Shown piece by piece: positions 1 through 14,184 of a stretch of DNA of 64,000 nt. The stretch is from the NCBI RefSeq assembly GCF_964204865.1, contig NC_135250.1, positions 9,052,001 to 9,116,000 of the forward strand, read 5' to 3'. This stretch comes from Styela clava (taxonomy: Eukaryota). Numbering within the stretch: the first letter of the stretch is position 1; the number at the start of each line of letters is the position of its first letter. The position numbers and the translations under genes were made by a program. Below the pieces are notes generated by a model. The model saw nothing but the letters and a program-made list of their open reading frames with translations, had not been told where the DNA came from and did not search any database.

Positions 1-896
1 ATCGATAAGTCTTCGGTTTCCAACCGATATTCTCGTTTTTCATTCGCTTAAATTATCATTATTTATTTCAACATTGGTGAATAGGTAGCTAGATTGGTGG
101 TACACAATATTTGGAATATATGTGTGAAAAACTTGTATTTGTCGACAACTCATTTAGCACACTTTTTGATTATGGAAGAAATTGGGCTTTTCTATTATGT
201 ATTCTTAGAATAAATAACCATTATTTTTTTCCGAAGTGATTTTTTTCAAAATACCCCAAAGCATATATTGTTAATATGGACTCCAAAGTTGTTTGTATTT
301 GCTGCAATATGTAATTTTTTAGACGCAAAAATCTTGTTGGTTTGGTTGTTCCCACTGTAGATTAGCTTAATGTAATTAATTTTGTCTCATATTTGTAAGT
401 GTTCTCTATCATCAAAGTGTGCTTGTGTGGATACTGCTTCTTTTAATCGATTATAAATTACGATTTGACATGAAAAAGTGTGATTTTTTATGTGTTCTTG
501 TTTTGCTGGATGTAGGTCTTTCATATTTATCCCAGGGGAGAAGGAAGCTTATAAGACTATGTAATCATAGGACGAACCACGATTATTTCACATACACAGG
601 AAGTTTGTTTGAATTGGAACTAGAAACATACAGATAATATAATTTGAATGGAGCAGGGAAAATTTAGATTCCAGCCATTTAAAAAACTTCTCCCCTCACA
701 TGGTTAGCGAAAATTTTGTCTCCAGCTTCGAACTGCGGCATATGGAAGATTTTGATATCCACAACCTTGGCTTAGGCAAGCTTCCTGTCTGTTTAGAAAC
801 TTTATTCGATGCTTATTGAGTTTCCGTAGGGAATACAGCCTTCGGTTATCTCCATTAGGGCTCTTGAAATTTCGGACTAATTCTAAATAATAATAA

Positions 897-1145
897 AGGA
901 TCAACTGAAGAATCTCCACCCCATCTAACCCTACCAAATAATTAGTCCAGGTCGAATGAAGAATCAACTGATACTCACCAGGTCAAATAAAGGATCAACT
1001 GGTATTATCGGCTTAGGTGGGTTGGGGGAAGGAGATATTTTTCAGTTGGGAAAAGGGATCAACTGAAGAATCTTCACCCCAACTAAGACCAACTGAATAA
1101 TCTCCTCCCCAAATGGGTCTGGGGGGATATTCTTCAGTTGATCTT
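897..1145. mobile_element. 249 bp MITE with TAA target duplication (PIF/Harbinger Tourist-like)
   Basis: TIRs AGGATCAACTGAAGAATC / ATTCTTCAGTTGATCTT, TAA on both flanks (894-896, 1146-1148), internal repeats of (GAT)CAACTG. Confidence 0.65.
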
Positions 1146-1405
1146 TAATAATAATAAAAATAGAACCTGCTGCACCAAGGCCCTGCTTTAAATCACTATT
1201 TTTATTATAACAAACTTTACGGCCGCACATATGGAACTGATCAGCTAACATCAAATCTTGGCATCAAATTTTGTACTTTATTTCACGCCTAATTACGTAC
1301 TACGGCTCATGCCACTGAGCGTAAAATCACATGACGGGTGGTAATCTGCACTTATATAAATATCGTTTAAATTTTAATGTACCTGTAGTTTATTTTGTGA
1401 GATTC

Positions 1406-1642
1406 TTTGACACGTAGTGGACATAACGATCGTTTCAATATTATGTTGTTGTTGTTGTTCTTGTTCTTTGACACGTTTTTAAAAAGTCGCTTTTCTCTTC
1501 GAATACTGGACCAATTGCTTTGAAATTTTCAGTGGTTAAAGATAAAAATTTTCTCCAGAATGCTATTACTTTTTTTTCGCTATGACGTCATCAAAATTAT
1601 GTGACTCTACGTGTCCATATATTTGAGCATAGCTCTCTTGTT
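1406..1642 (+). mobile_element. Non-autonomous Helentron/DINE-like element, copy 1
   Basis: T-rich start, subterminal inverted repeat GACACGTAG / CTACGTGTC, (GTT)n microsatellite, 3' hairpin GAGCATAGCTC followed by TCTTGTT. Close homolog at 29283-29548. Confidence 0.6.
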
Positions 1643-3054
1643 TCTGTTGTCTTCTTTTTAGTCCCTGATTTCATGGATGGCTCTGAGTGCTTCACGATTC
1701 ACACATCCTCCCATGCGAGGACTCTTAAAAATCGGTCTTCGATAATAAAATAGCTTTGTTTCAACAGGTTGCGGTCAGTTATTGTATTCGCCATGCACAA
1801 TGAAAAACACCAAACGAAATTAAACGAAAAATTGCATTACAGTCAAAAAAATTTAGTTAAATTACTTTACATTCAGTAGGCTACTCATCGGGGCAGCCAG
1901 AGAACCACTCCATGGCCCGTTGGAGGGCCGAGGACCCAGTCCCGCACAAACCAAAGACTTCTAGTCTTACGTAATGGTTGAACTGATTTATCCACGATCT
2001 TATCGAAGGAGAAGACGTCATACCTCTCTGAAAAGGTTGTCTTTGTCAATGTTTATTGAAACGGATGACAAATTCTCGCGTGGTATTTATTATTTAGATA
2101 TTTCGACGGAACCCGAGAGAACAATATTCATCAAAACGCATTGTTAAATGGATGATAAAGTAATAGTAATTCGAGTAGTATTAACCGACTATTTAGATAG
2201 TATTGGTTTGTGGTTAGCTTTATTTCTTAGGTAATAACACTAAAATTATATTTGGGAACCTGCCAATTCTGTTTAAAAAATGTATATGACTCATATTATA
2301 GTAGCTTTTACGTTTTTCTCAACAGTGCGTACATGACAACGAGAGAAACATTTCACGTACGAGTACGTCGTTGCGTAAATCATATGATCGTCTACGTAAC
2401 CCCATTTACAATGTAATGGGTGTCGAGGAATTTTCTGTGTGTTTACTTTTCCAGTGGAGTGCGAAGTGTTAGGAGCAAAACTTTATACTTTAGTTTGAAT
2501 TGGAAAGAGCTATAGCCAATGACAAATTCCGCGTTACTCATACTGCCATAGGCCGGATGTTTTTCTTTTTTCCGAAGCATTTTACTTTTATCATCATATT
2601 GCATCGTAGTTAGCGTCTGGCGGGTTAGATATTGTATTCAATGGAAATCAAAATATCATATAAAAATAGATAGGTCTAATCAGAACATTAGCTTAACAAG
2701 ACATAAAATGAGCAACAAGAACTAATTATTCAATCTTTATTTAGTTCAGAATTAGATTGAATAAACATTTATGATAATATGTAAATTCTTGACAGGAAAA
2801 GCGACTGAAAACAAAACATTGAAGTGGTACAGAGCATAGTTGTTTTAATTACTGAATTATCTGAGTCATTTTCTGCATTGGCAAGTGTTAGTACAAACAG
2901 CTGGTCATTTGCCAAATATTATTATAATTAACCCAAGACAGCAAGACCAGAGAACGAGATTCTATCTACTGATCTATGGATGATTGTCGCCTTTATCGTT
3001 TCCACATTTTTTGTAGATTGAATTAAATAAGCTTGAATTTTCTATCAATTACAG

Positions 3055-6000
3055 ATGAAATTTTTCGAGTACAATTGTTTTAAACCAGCACCACATACAT
3101 TTCCTGAATCTAAGGTAGATATCCAAACAACTATCATTTCAATCAAAGCATACTTTTTGGTTTGAAATAACATTCTGACACCTGATTTATTCATTTAAAT
3201 ATGACGATTTATAAAATGGATATTTGAATATTGTAGAAATTGTGTTAACTAGTCTTTAAAGTCAGTTGGTGTTTTTAAGAGGAAGTTTCATAACTTCGCT
3301 CCGAACAAGGCTTTGTATAAGAGACAACTGATTGGGTTTGAACCCAAGATCTTTAACTTGCAATGCCAACATACTTATGTTTATCACTCATTTAACCATT
3401 AAGCATGAATCAATACAATGGAATTCAATGACAGATTGAAGGAAATAAGAAGCATTTAATAAGTATTAATATAATTCCAATATTATAAAATATTTGTCCA
3501 ATTGCATAATGTTTTAACAATCCTTTTTTAAATATCTAAATGCATCAGTAGCCCACCCTTCATCTGTGATGTAACAAATTAGATAGGGTATGCCAGACAG
3601 TAAAGACTTCAGTATCTTTAAAATACTTGTTTTAAGTAAGAATGGGGAAATATTCTTAAAAACATTGACATGATTTTGTTCTCAGAATCAATCGTGTATT
3701 TGGACACCTGTGTTCGGGCAAAAACCTCAGCCTTCACAAAGAAGTCATCATGCAGTATGTGTATGCGATAATCAAATATTCATGTATGGAGGGCGTGGAG
3801 TGAAAGGAACTACAAATCAATTCTGGGTGTATTCATTTGGTAAATAAATTACTTTTAATTAACCAAGATCATCAATTATTAATTGACTTTTTCTGGTATA
3901 AGATTGTGGTCAATATTAAAGTGTTTTCGAGTGGTGAGCAGTTTTCCTCCAACTTATTAATTTTGTTTAATTTTTAATGATTTTAATTTTTAGACGATTC
4001 GAAATGGGAAGAACTTTTTCCAGTTGGGGATTCCCCTCCTCCTTTAGAAGGGCACACTATGGTCGTATATGATGAAAACATATATATTTTTGGAGGGGAA
4101 ACAAGTTTTGCTACGGCAGATGAATCTCCATTATGGTGTTACAACATTACACAAATGAAGTGGACAAAGATTGGCACAGAAGGAAAAGTGATGGTAAGAC
4201 ACTTGATCAGACAATCCATGTGGCTTCGAGACATGAATAATATATTTATTGAATTTTATTGATCAAATAATTTATTAAAGAAATATTATTCATTATCAAC
4301 AAAAAGAAACACCCACCGGCCACTACACTACCATTGAGACATACTTGATATTTATTTTTACAATACCATTCGTTTAAAAATATTCGATCAATGATTTTCA
4401 ATCAAAAAAATATATATTACCGTCGTCCACCCCAAGACTTCCCACCTTACTCACCCACGGCGTATGAAAGTGGGTCAGGTATGCTTAGTTATCAGCCAGT
4501 TTGAAGATGTCCATTCAAATTTTTCAAACTTTGCTCAATATATATATCAGATCATGTAGGCTGCATCACACTTAATTATTCATTCCAATTGCAGTAACCG
4601 TCCATGCTTTTTATTAGTTTTAGTGTTTTATTTTTCATACAAGAAAATTTGCCCAAAGAAGGGTCATGTGTACTCATTCATAAGAAAATGAGAAAAGTTA
4701 TTGACAACCACTGATGTGCCATGAACTACTGAAACTATAATAAGTTATACCAGTGAGAAAAGACTTTGTCATACTTATATTTTTGAACGCATCAAAGTGT
4801 AACAAAGTAGGCATACTTGATGATTCTAAGAAGATAGTTAACATACAAAAATGTTTTTAAACATTTTCCTATTACCACAACTCTCTACACTGGGAATTTA
4901 CAAACACTTTTGATTAAATGTAATTCCTTAAAATGACTAATGTTTAAGAAAAAGATGTTTTTTGATGAATTCAATTTATGGAAAGTCCTTTTCAATGATT
5001 TGTTTTTATTAAGTTTAGTATTTGTGCAATGAATTTTTGATTAATGTGTATTGACTAGTGACCAAGTTGGGTGAGTTTATAAAAGAATGGATACTGAAAT
5101 GTCAAACAATTTGAGTATCAATAATAATCAACAACCTGCCATAATCCACTGTAAAATATTTCAATAATCCATTATCTAAGTTCAATCTTTATTATACTTT
5201 GGTCTGAATGTCAGCGCTGTTTTGCTGTCATTTACCACAAAAGGTTCAATACTCAAATGCTTGAGGCAATTTAACTCATCAGTTAAGAAAACACAAGTAT
5301 ATATTTGATTCAAATTGTGATGGAATGAGATAATTATCTGTTTAGTCTTGTTTTTGACAAAATATCCAAGCACATGATTGCTGTAATTATTAACCAGTTC
5401 ATTGAACTGTATAATTTGCTAAGTTTTGAATGTTCAAAAACCAGATACCATGATATTATGCCTTCACTGTTCTTATACACATACAATTTCATCAATATTA
5501 GAACTCATACTAAGAAATAACCCATTTGTTGTTTACTTGAGTTCAAACAAATTGTGAACAACCATAGAAAATGTTATACTACAGTAAACACAATAGTACA
5601 TCAGTACGTGCTAGCCAGCCCACTCCATAACTCTGATTTTAATTTGTCATAATTTTTGCAGGCCCCTTGTGGGAGAAGGCATCATACAGCAGTTTTATAT
5701 ATGGATGCGATGTGTGTTTACGGAGGATATCAAGATCTGATCGGACCTACTAGAGAAATGTGGCTTTTTGATTTTGGTAAGAATATTTGTGTTCTATATT
5801 TTGAGTTATAATTTGAAAAATATGTCAAAGTTATGATAATTAAATTAAAATTGTTAGGTTAGAGTAGATATTACTTCATCTATTCCTATATAATAAATGA
5901 GCTAAAATGTTACATTACAGGCAGAGGTATACAACATTAATTTTTTGTTACTTGTAAGCAGAAAGAATATAGGCTATTTCTACAATATTGGTTTTGCCTT

Positions 6001-9000
6001 ATACAATTTTGTTTCATGTTATATTTTTCAACATAATCATATTTAATCAAACTGGGTGCGTCAACTAATGTAGAAATTTTCCATATTCTATTTATCCAAT
6101 AACAATAGGTTTGAGGGAAGAACAATAGCCTGTTTCGTTAGCACTTCCCTTCAGTGTTATAAGCACCTCACGAATACTTCGTCATAATCCCTCATGTACT
6201 TCAATAATAGTCTTTGTCCACTAAATGTCTGGATGCTATTCATTTTACCTTTTATTGATATTCCTTCAAAATTATTTGAAATATGTTATAGGCTATTTGA
6301 TAGATAATTGTTGTATTTGATTCGCTATACTGTTTTTCCAATTTTATTTCACTTTTTCAATAATGAAACATCGTAACTTTTTATTTGTATATTTTTTCTC
6401 TTTTCAGAATTTCTAAATATGAATTTTACTTTTTAGTGTATTTTTAGATTTATCCATTAACTTATTGGTTAGAAATATAGTTTAAGGAATATGTTTTTTT
6501 ATTAACTCAAGTTCTTTGAACATGTACCTCAAGTAATGTGTAATGCCTTATTAAATTCTACATAACCTGATAACCTCAATTATACATTGTAATAAGAAAT
6601 TGTAATTTTTAAGCAATCTTACAATTTACAATCTTAAATTGTATTTTTTATGTGTTACTTCGACTTGTACATTCAGACTTTAATTTGTGAACTTTATAGA
6701 AATTACTTTACTTGAACAAATAGCATCGCAAATCAAAAATCACCAAAGCAAATATTCTTTTGGGAAATGAATTCACAAGGCTCACCTATTTAGTTTTGTA
6801 CATTGTAATTGGGAGAGAACATTCATATGATTGTTAGTTGTCTGTCAAATGACCTCTACATTTGTGTCTGTCTTATCATTCTCACAAGACAAAAACAATT
6901 ACATTGGGTAGAATAAATATTTGTTTCTTGTTCAACTTGATGTATTCACGAGTATGATATGAATGAATAACACATGTCACACTCAAGGTTGATATTGACC
7001 ATTTTACCTTCAGCATACAGATGGAAGTATCGTTAATTGCCTAATCAATTCCATGCATCTAAAACAAACAACTGGTTGACTAATCCCATATGAGAGACCG
7101 TGGTTCAAGTCATCCCATCAGCTTTCTTCTCTTCCGGATAAAGATGTAAATTCTGTCCTATTTAGTGTGGCTTAGAGTAATAGCCAAAATATAAATATTT
7201 GTAGTAATTTCTTGAGGTAGGAAAAAATACAGAAAATATTAAGTCAGATACACCAAACACTTGACAAGCTAAATTCTTAACTCTAGAGCAGAATTCATAA
7301 ACTGTTCCATCACAATGCCTTCAAAAGGTTGTTGACTCTTGCTTTACATAATCTTCAAAACATGAAATTTCAAAGAATATCAATGTGGTGACACCATAGA
7401 ACAGGGGTCAGCAACCTACGGCCCGCAGAATAGTATAATCCGGTCTGCGACGCTTCACTATATTATAGTAACAAAACAGCTGTTTTGACGATTATATTCT
7501 TTACGTAACAGAATTTATTGTTAGACACGTGTAGACTAAATTAAAATAAAATCTAACAAGTATAAAATACACATTATATATAAATTACTCGTTTAATGAG
7601 CATATAATTTAATTATAATTAAACTAATGGCAACAAAACGCAGAATAGTTGATGCTAAGTGCAAAGTGTTCAATGGCGCCGAAAATATTCAAATGAAATT
7701 TTAGAGATGCAATGCAATGAGGAAATAAATTAATATTCTGTTCGAGAGATGTATCACTGCTTGATTTTTATTATGATGACCATGACCACCAAGTATCATC
7801 TGTTCGGTTTTCAACTTTCTAAAAATATGTGCGACCCGGCAATGACTTGCAACCCCTAATTCTGGCCCGTGAGCGACAAAAGGTCGCCGACCCCTGTTAT
7901 AGAACATCTTCAACCAAATGTTAAACCATATATTCAAATTGATACTCTTTAAATTATTCATCCAGCCAAGCCATGACAATATAATATTTGGAATATAATC
8001 CTGCTTCCAATGTTCACAAAGTCACATTACAATTTCAATTTTGTCAGTTTCAAATATATCTTAACCAGGTCTGTCATATATTAATATATGTTTATTTTAG
8101 TTTTTTTACTTCATAATACATCTGTAGGGGATTAACGAACTATATATGACATCGATAAATTCCCTTTGCAAATTAAAAAATTTTAAAACTTTATGAACAC
8201 CCACCCTGTATATTTCACATAAGATTCATGATCGGAATTGTAAACATTCTTTTTCAGAGACCAAGTCATGGCATTTTGATGTTGCAGCATCCTGTGATTC
8301 TGCTCCAGATGCGAGATATGGTCATTGTGCAACTGTAAACAACCAATCAATGTGGGTTTGTGGAGGACTGACGGGACTGAAACCAAATGCTGATGTATTC
8401 ATTTGGAATTTTGGTGAGTCAAGTAGCGTACTGAAATATTGCTTTAGTGTTAGTGCTTTTGTAAACTCAATTTAATGTCTAGTCATGGTGATTTATAACC
8501 AACAATTACGAACTGATATACAGTGTATTCACTAAGTGTTCAAATTTTCTAATTTACAATGGGAATTTATCAATACTATGTTGGCCCCCTTCGATATATT
8601 AAATAAAGTAATAAAACCTAAATAAACATTGTTTATAATAAAACCAATATTGTTAGGATATGTTGTGAACTGACTTCATAACAAAATTGAAATTAGAACA
8701 TGACTTTATGAAGACCCTTCAGGCAGGAATTTTTATGTCTAGACTAGAGTTCAAATAATAAAATACATTGTTAACTGACTTCATAACAAATTTAAAATCA
8801 GAACAGGACTTTATGAATACACTTCGGGCAGGAATTTTTATGCCTGGAGTTCTGAATAACAAAATATGTGTTCAATAAATTACTCCGATACCATTTTATA
8901 TATGAAAAATTGCACAAATATTTTAACAAGTAATGTTGAATATATAATTCTTTTTGATAGAGCTGTATTAGAAAAAAATATGAAATTGGATTTTTATATT

Positions 9001-11669
9001 TTTCAAGCCAACACCTATATCCTCATTGAAAAAATTAATCAGTAATTTAGTAATATCGTATTTAATAATTTCAGAATTGATGGTATGGATTCCTGTCAAA
9101 ACAAAAGGTGGACCTCCGGTATTATCCTATCATTCAATGCACACAGTAAATATTTTGTATTATATTCATATTAGTAATGAAACTTTCTGAAGTGAGAAAA
9201 ATTCTAAAGACTCCACAAGTTAATAATAACCAAAAACAGATTTTTGTTCCTCATCATATCTCCAATATTGTTAGCAAATGTCTTTATTTGTGGCCAGACA
9301 ATGGAAATATTTTAAAATAATAAGAATCAATAAAAGTTTCATCTGCCTCATCTAACAAAATTATCTCTTAAGAACAACTTTCTGTCTGTGAAGTCTTATA
9401 CTTTTAATTGTGTTAGCATCACAGATTACACATCTCAAGTTCAATCCCATGTCCACCATCTCAACCAGGGTGTAATAAATTTGGTAGGCAATGTCAACCC
9501 AAAAAGATGCTGGTACATTAAAAAAAAGTAGCTTTTTAGATAGGCCTATCAATGACTTGTGCATGGCCTTGTCAAGGTGTGAATGAGCACAATATTAAAA
9601 CAAATTGTCATTAAACAGAACAAGTTTCCATTTCATGCTTCATTGAATATTGTTGATTTTTGAATTTTGCTTCTGTTGGTTTTTCTAATACCTCTTTCCT
9701 TAAAATGCCTCAATTAGAAAATAATATACATGCTTCGTTGAATATTGTTGGTTTTTTAATTCTGTTTCCGTTGGTTTTTCTAATACCCCTTTCCTTAAAA
9801 TGCCTCAATTAGAAAATATAAGAAGCGTAATTGTTATCGTGATTTTCTAGCAATTGTATTAATCCGTGTATTACCTTTCAGGTTGGCAATTCTATGTATG
9901 TTTTTGGAGGACGAAATGTATTAGGAGATTCGTCAAATGATATGTGGTGTTTGAATATGAAAGACAAATGTTGGAAAAAATGTAATTTTAATGACACTGT
10001 GAAACCTCCTGCTATATCTGGACATTGCCTGATTAGTCATTTTACTCCTGTATTGCAAAAGAAAAATGAACCTCGCACAAGGTACAAAAATATTTAATTA
10101 TTTTATTTATACAAATTTGCGCAAAGTGTGGAAAAACACTGACAGAAGAACAGGTTTACAGCTATACAGGATTATTAGTGCGGCAATGAGAAATTTTTAT
10201 TTTCTCCCATGTTATCTTATGATTTGGCTCAATGTAATCGTATTCCCTCTTCAATCACCCCATCTAAGTCTTATATGGGACTATGTAACGCAGTTCAATG
10301 TATGGAATAAAAAATTTTCATTTGCTATCTTTGTCCTCCATTTGCGCGAGACTCCACATGCAGATGCAGGGTGACTCGCTAACATGGTAAAAATGAAAGT
10401 CTTTTATATCATGTTTACCACCAATTCACTAGATTATATGTTCATAACTTTTGTTATAATTTTTGATGTGTCCCCTTAGTAACGTGGTATCTCAAAGTGT
10501 TATGCATCTATAAATTGCTGTACTAAAAGAAATACAATTACAGTATTAACAAAATTGTTCGAATAATTGGTATCGGATTTTATGAAAATCTTAAACTGCC
10601 AGCCCAATTTTTTTCAACTAATAATTTACTCATTTTATTCAAACATAGAAATCTCTGAAAAAACTAACATGCAAAAAAACATTATCATTGCAGATCCTTA
10701 CCCAATGTAAAGAAGAAGAAAGCTAGTTTAAAGAGCACTCCGCCAACAAAACAACGAAGTGTATCTTGTGGAAAATTACCAAACAATTCACAATTTTTGC
10801 AAAAATCTGAGAGCTTTGACGCAGAAAACGAGATAAACTTTTTAGATAAAACAGTGCTGGTAACGAAAAACTGCCCAAGCGAATATGCATATGATAACCC
10901 TGCGAGTGAATTATCTGATAAAGATACTTTACCTCGTATTGATACGATTTCATCTGATAAGGTTGCAAGCTTATCTACAGAAGAAAGTGAAAGTGTTAAC
11001 GCTGCTGGTAATAAATTGCCTTCAAACACTTTTCTTGATGGTTCAAAATTCTTTCAAGTTCCGAAACCGTCAATGCGGACTAAACTACATAACAGTAATA
11101 TGCGTTATGGTTATGTTTCATCGAGGATGAAGCATGGCAGTTTACAAGCTCCCGGAAATGGATTGTCAAATTTTTCCTATAATCTAATCCAAGATTCTTT
11201 GGATAAGACATCAACTAACTCTACAGAGACTAGCTTCGTATATTTACCAGAAGATTTAAAAATGGCAGAAAATGTTGTTCATACCTCGTTTGATGATGGC
11301 AACCCAGTGCCCGTTATATCTCATGAATTCCCAGATATTACTACTGTAAAGCCTTTCAGAATAGATCCAAATATGTCCCCTAAAGTGTGGGATATGGAAA
11401 TGCAGCCAATTGAAAATGAGATGGGTGCTCAAGCTGAGGCAGCACTGATCATTGATGACACTATTGAAAGCAATCATATAGATGAAAAATCGAATTTCGA
11501 ACTCTCAAGCAATATTGCGAAACGTTTTCAAACCCAATTTTCAGCATCGTCAGAGCAAGATATCGTTATGTTAGTACTTGGTGGTAGAGTGGCAAACGTA
11601 AATCCTAATTCTATTAGCCCGTTTTGCATGTGGCAATGCAAAATACCATCAGTAGCATCTTCTTATTAA
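3055..11669 (+). CDS. Kelch-repeat beta-propeller protein without BTB (about 643 aa), with a large low-complexity insertion in the last blade
   Basis: Eight GT-AG exons in consistent phase: 3055-3114, 3686-3839, 3994-4193, 5662-5776, 8258-8413, 9075-9145, 9882-10081, 10694-11669 (1932 nt). Kelch motifs: RSHHAVCVCDNQIFMYGGR, LEGHTMVVYDENIYIFGGE, RRHHTAVLYMDAMCVYGGY, RYGHCATVNNQSMWVCGGL, LSYHSMHTVGNSMYVFGGR. The first exon is less certain. Confidence 0.88.
7402..7896 (+). mobile_element. Non-autonomous hAT (Buster-type) element in a kelch-gene intron
   Basis: TIRs CAGGGGTCAGCAACCT / AGGTCGCCGACCCCTG; TSD ccatagaa/ttatagaa. Internal ATG at 7627 reads MATKRRIVDAKCKVFN, resembling the N-terminus of GTF2IRD2/Charlie-type transposases. 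Confidence 0.85.
8668..8872. repeat. Tandem duplication, 2 x about 105 bp, intronic
   Basis: AACTGACTTCATAACAAA...GGCAGGAATTTTTATG repeated at about 8668 and 8773. Confidence 0.85.
9634..9818. repeat. Tandem duplication, 2 x about 92 bp, intronic
   Basis: CATGCTTC(A/G)TTGAATATTGTTG...CCTTAAAATGCCTCAATTAGAAAATA occurs twice. Confidence 0.85.
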
Positions 11670-13084
11670 CCCATGCTCATTATTTGATCATAATACATTA
11701 TATTGAATAATTCAATAATATATAGTTTCATACTTATTTCTAAAATTCATCATCACCATTACTAACATATCTAAATGTTATCATATGATATGCACCTATA
11801 AATCCACTATCACTGATAATGATAGTAGCATGCATTTAGACTTGTTTCTATTACTGATTACACTTTACAATGTTCCCTTTCGTATTTTGCTTTCTAATTT
11901 TTTACCTATTCTGCAGTTACTAGAGGATTTTTTAAGTAGTTCATTTGTAATTGACTCGTCACAATCATGCTTCTGTCCAACAAGGTTTGGCTTTAGCTAT
12001 TCGTACTTATTACATTTATAATAATATGCTCTCGTTAATAAAGATTATATAAGTTTAATATTACTTTTTTCTGAGATGAACAGATTTATAACCATTTACT
12101 CTCTTGTGTGTTTTATGAACATATTTAAGATTTATGTAGTTTACTTGCGAAATTTAAGTATATGTCTTGCAGCCTGAGATTTTTTTCTTAGCCGCATATC
12201 TCAAATATTTATTCTAATATATAGTTTATTTTGAGGTTCATTAGCTGTAAACTTTTAGTAATGATGATTAAAAGTATTGAGTAATATTAATATATGATAA
12301 AATAAATAAAGCTGTACTGCTTCACAGTTATTTCTGCTAGTGAAAAAACAAACGACCACTAAAAGAAATAGCTTTGTAAATAGCTTTAAATGGTCGTTGC
12401 TAATGCCTCTGCTTAATATGTAACATGACAGATATTGCAAACTATATGGATACTTAATATAAAGTCCAGTGATGCTCCCTGCCCTTATGTTTTTCTGGCG
12501 AAGATTTTTGTGAAAAGTGTTATCAGTTTATTTTGTTAAGTATGAGTAATTTATATTGATCAATATATTTTCAAGTCACGTTCTATCTATCACCATATCT
12601 TGATTTATTTTAAAGTATTTATAATATATATGGGTTGATTCTCTGGGTAAAATTTTGCAACCTAATACAACATGCCTTGCTGTTCCTGTCATCTTTTTCG
12701 TACTATTTTTTTACAAAGGGAATCAAAGAATGATTGTATATTCCCGCATTACTTTGTCTCATGAGCTAATGCCATGATATCCTATCTGGTGATGTTATTG
12801 GCTCTTTCAGAATTGTATTCTGAATCGTCTTATCAATATCATGTCAGAATATCACAGATTATCATGTGCGGAGAATGAGCGATCCTCTGAAAGGCATCAT
12901 TTACATCTGAAACGAGATGTTTGAGCGCCTAGTCACAGAAGGTTTGAAGAGATAGCATTCCTTATCACTTTTAAGTCGATTACAACCACAGTGATTTGCC
13001 TCCACGGTACCAGGACAAATATTTTAGATGAGGTTGATGCATTTTCAATTTCTCTCAGGCCCAACAGCCAGAAACAAATCAAAA

Positions 13085-13403
13085 TAGGATGGGATTTACA
13101 TATTTATCACGGTGAAGCGGAAAGCCGCTGGGACGACTTAGTCATATGGGCATGGCGAACCGCGGCCTGTCGTCCTATTCGGGTATGGGATTAGTTAGCC
13201 AGTTATCAGTTTTAGATGCATAGACTTGATGCTGGAGTAAGCCTCAACCGTCCAGTGTTTAAGTGAACCACCCTACGGTGGCGAGAAGTCCAGCGATCCT
13301 CTCGTACATGAATATCTCTCTGCTGTCATGGGATGCGAACCAACGCAGGGTAATCAGGGGTGCGGTGGCGAGCGTATTCCTAACAATGCACCGCACCGCC
13401 GAG
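13085..13403 (-). mobile_element. tRNA-derived SINE, diverged copy
   Basis: Alignable to the copies at 31303 and 52962 (GGTGCGGTGGCGAGCGTATTCCTAAC, GTGAACCACCC, GGATTTACATATTTATC tail) with many substitutions. Confidence 0.85.
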
Positions 13404-13535
13404 CAACATTTCTCTCCCACAGGAATTCTGAAGAATATGAAAAAAGTAATAACCTTCTAGAAACTTCTTATATCCTTGAGTAATGGTAATTTGAACTGAA
13501 TCGATTGACCTATCAGTCGCCTCGAAAAGCGACTC

Positions 13536-13876
13536 GGCGGTGTGGCTCAAAGGGCTAAGCGTTAGGAATACGCTCGCCACCGCACCTCTAATTACTCTGC
13601 GTGGGTTCGCATGTTCGAATCCCATGCAGGGATGGTTATGTGCGAGAGGATTGCTGGACTCCTCGCCGTCATTGGGTGGTTCACGTAACCGCTGGTCGGT
13701 TGCGGCTTCTTCCACCACCAAGTCTATGCTTCCAAAGACAAACAATATGACTAATCCCATACCCGACTTGGAATGGTAACCGGACGAGAGGCTGTGGTTC
13801 GCCATATGGATAAGCCGTCTTATCGACTTTCCTCTTCCCCATGATAAATATTAAATCATATCCTATCATATCATAT
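13536..13876 (+). mobile_element. tRNA-derived SINE, full length
   Basis: Head GGCGGTGTGGCTCAAAGGGCTAAG (A box), GTTCGAATCCC (B box), conserved body, (ATCCT/ATCAT)n tail. Confidence 0.92.
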
Positions 13877-14184
13877 GTAAATCATAAGCGATTTTCCTCA
13901 ACAACAACGTCCACCTAAAGCTTAAACAACAACAAGAATTATCTACAGTTCCATTTCGTGTCCAAACTATATAAGATTAACAGCCGGAGAACACCGAGCG
14001 TCGTGTTTTTAAATAATACATGAACAACAAAATAATCTAAAAAACCCGAAGAAATTGTAATATATTCTAGCTAGTATATATTTACGATTCTACTCATTGA
14101 CTATATGCGCGATACCGCTATGTACCCATACCGTAATATGTTTAATACTACGCTGCCGAGTTTTATCAGCATACAGGCGGGGAC

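Noticed and set aside
419-1254. Short ORFs at the window start
   Set aside because: No recognisable homology or exon chain; they partly overlap a MITE.
13536-13630. SINE heads as tRNA genes
   Set aside because: A and B boxes are present, but no acceptor stem was found and they continue into a repeated body and tail.
13380-13869. Recurring ORFs such as MDLVVEEAVTDQRLREPP (also at 22.8, 31.4 and 53.1 kb)
   Set aside because: They are translations of the SINE in various frames, not a protein family.
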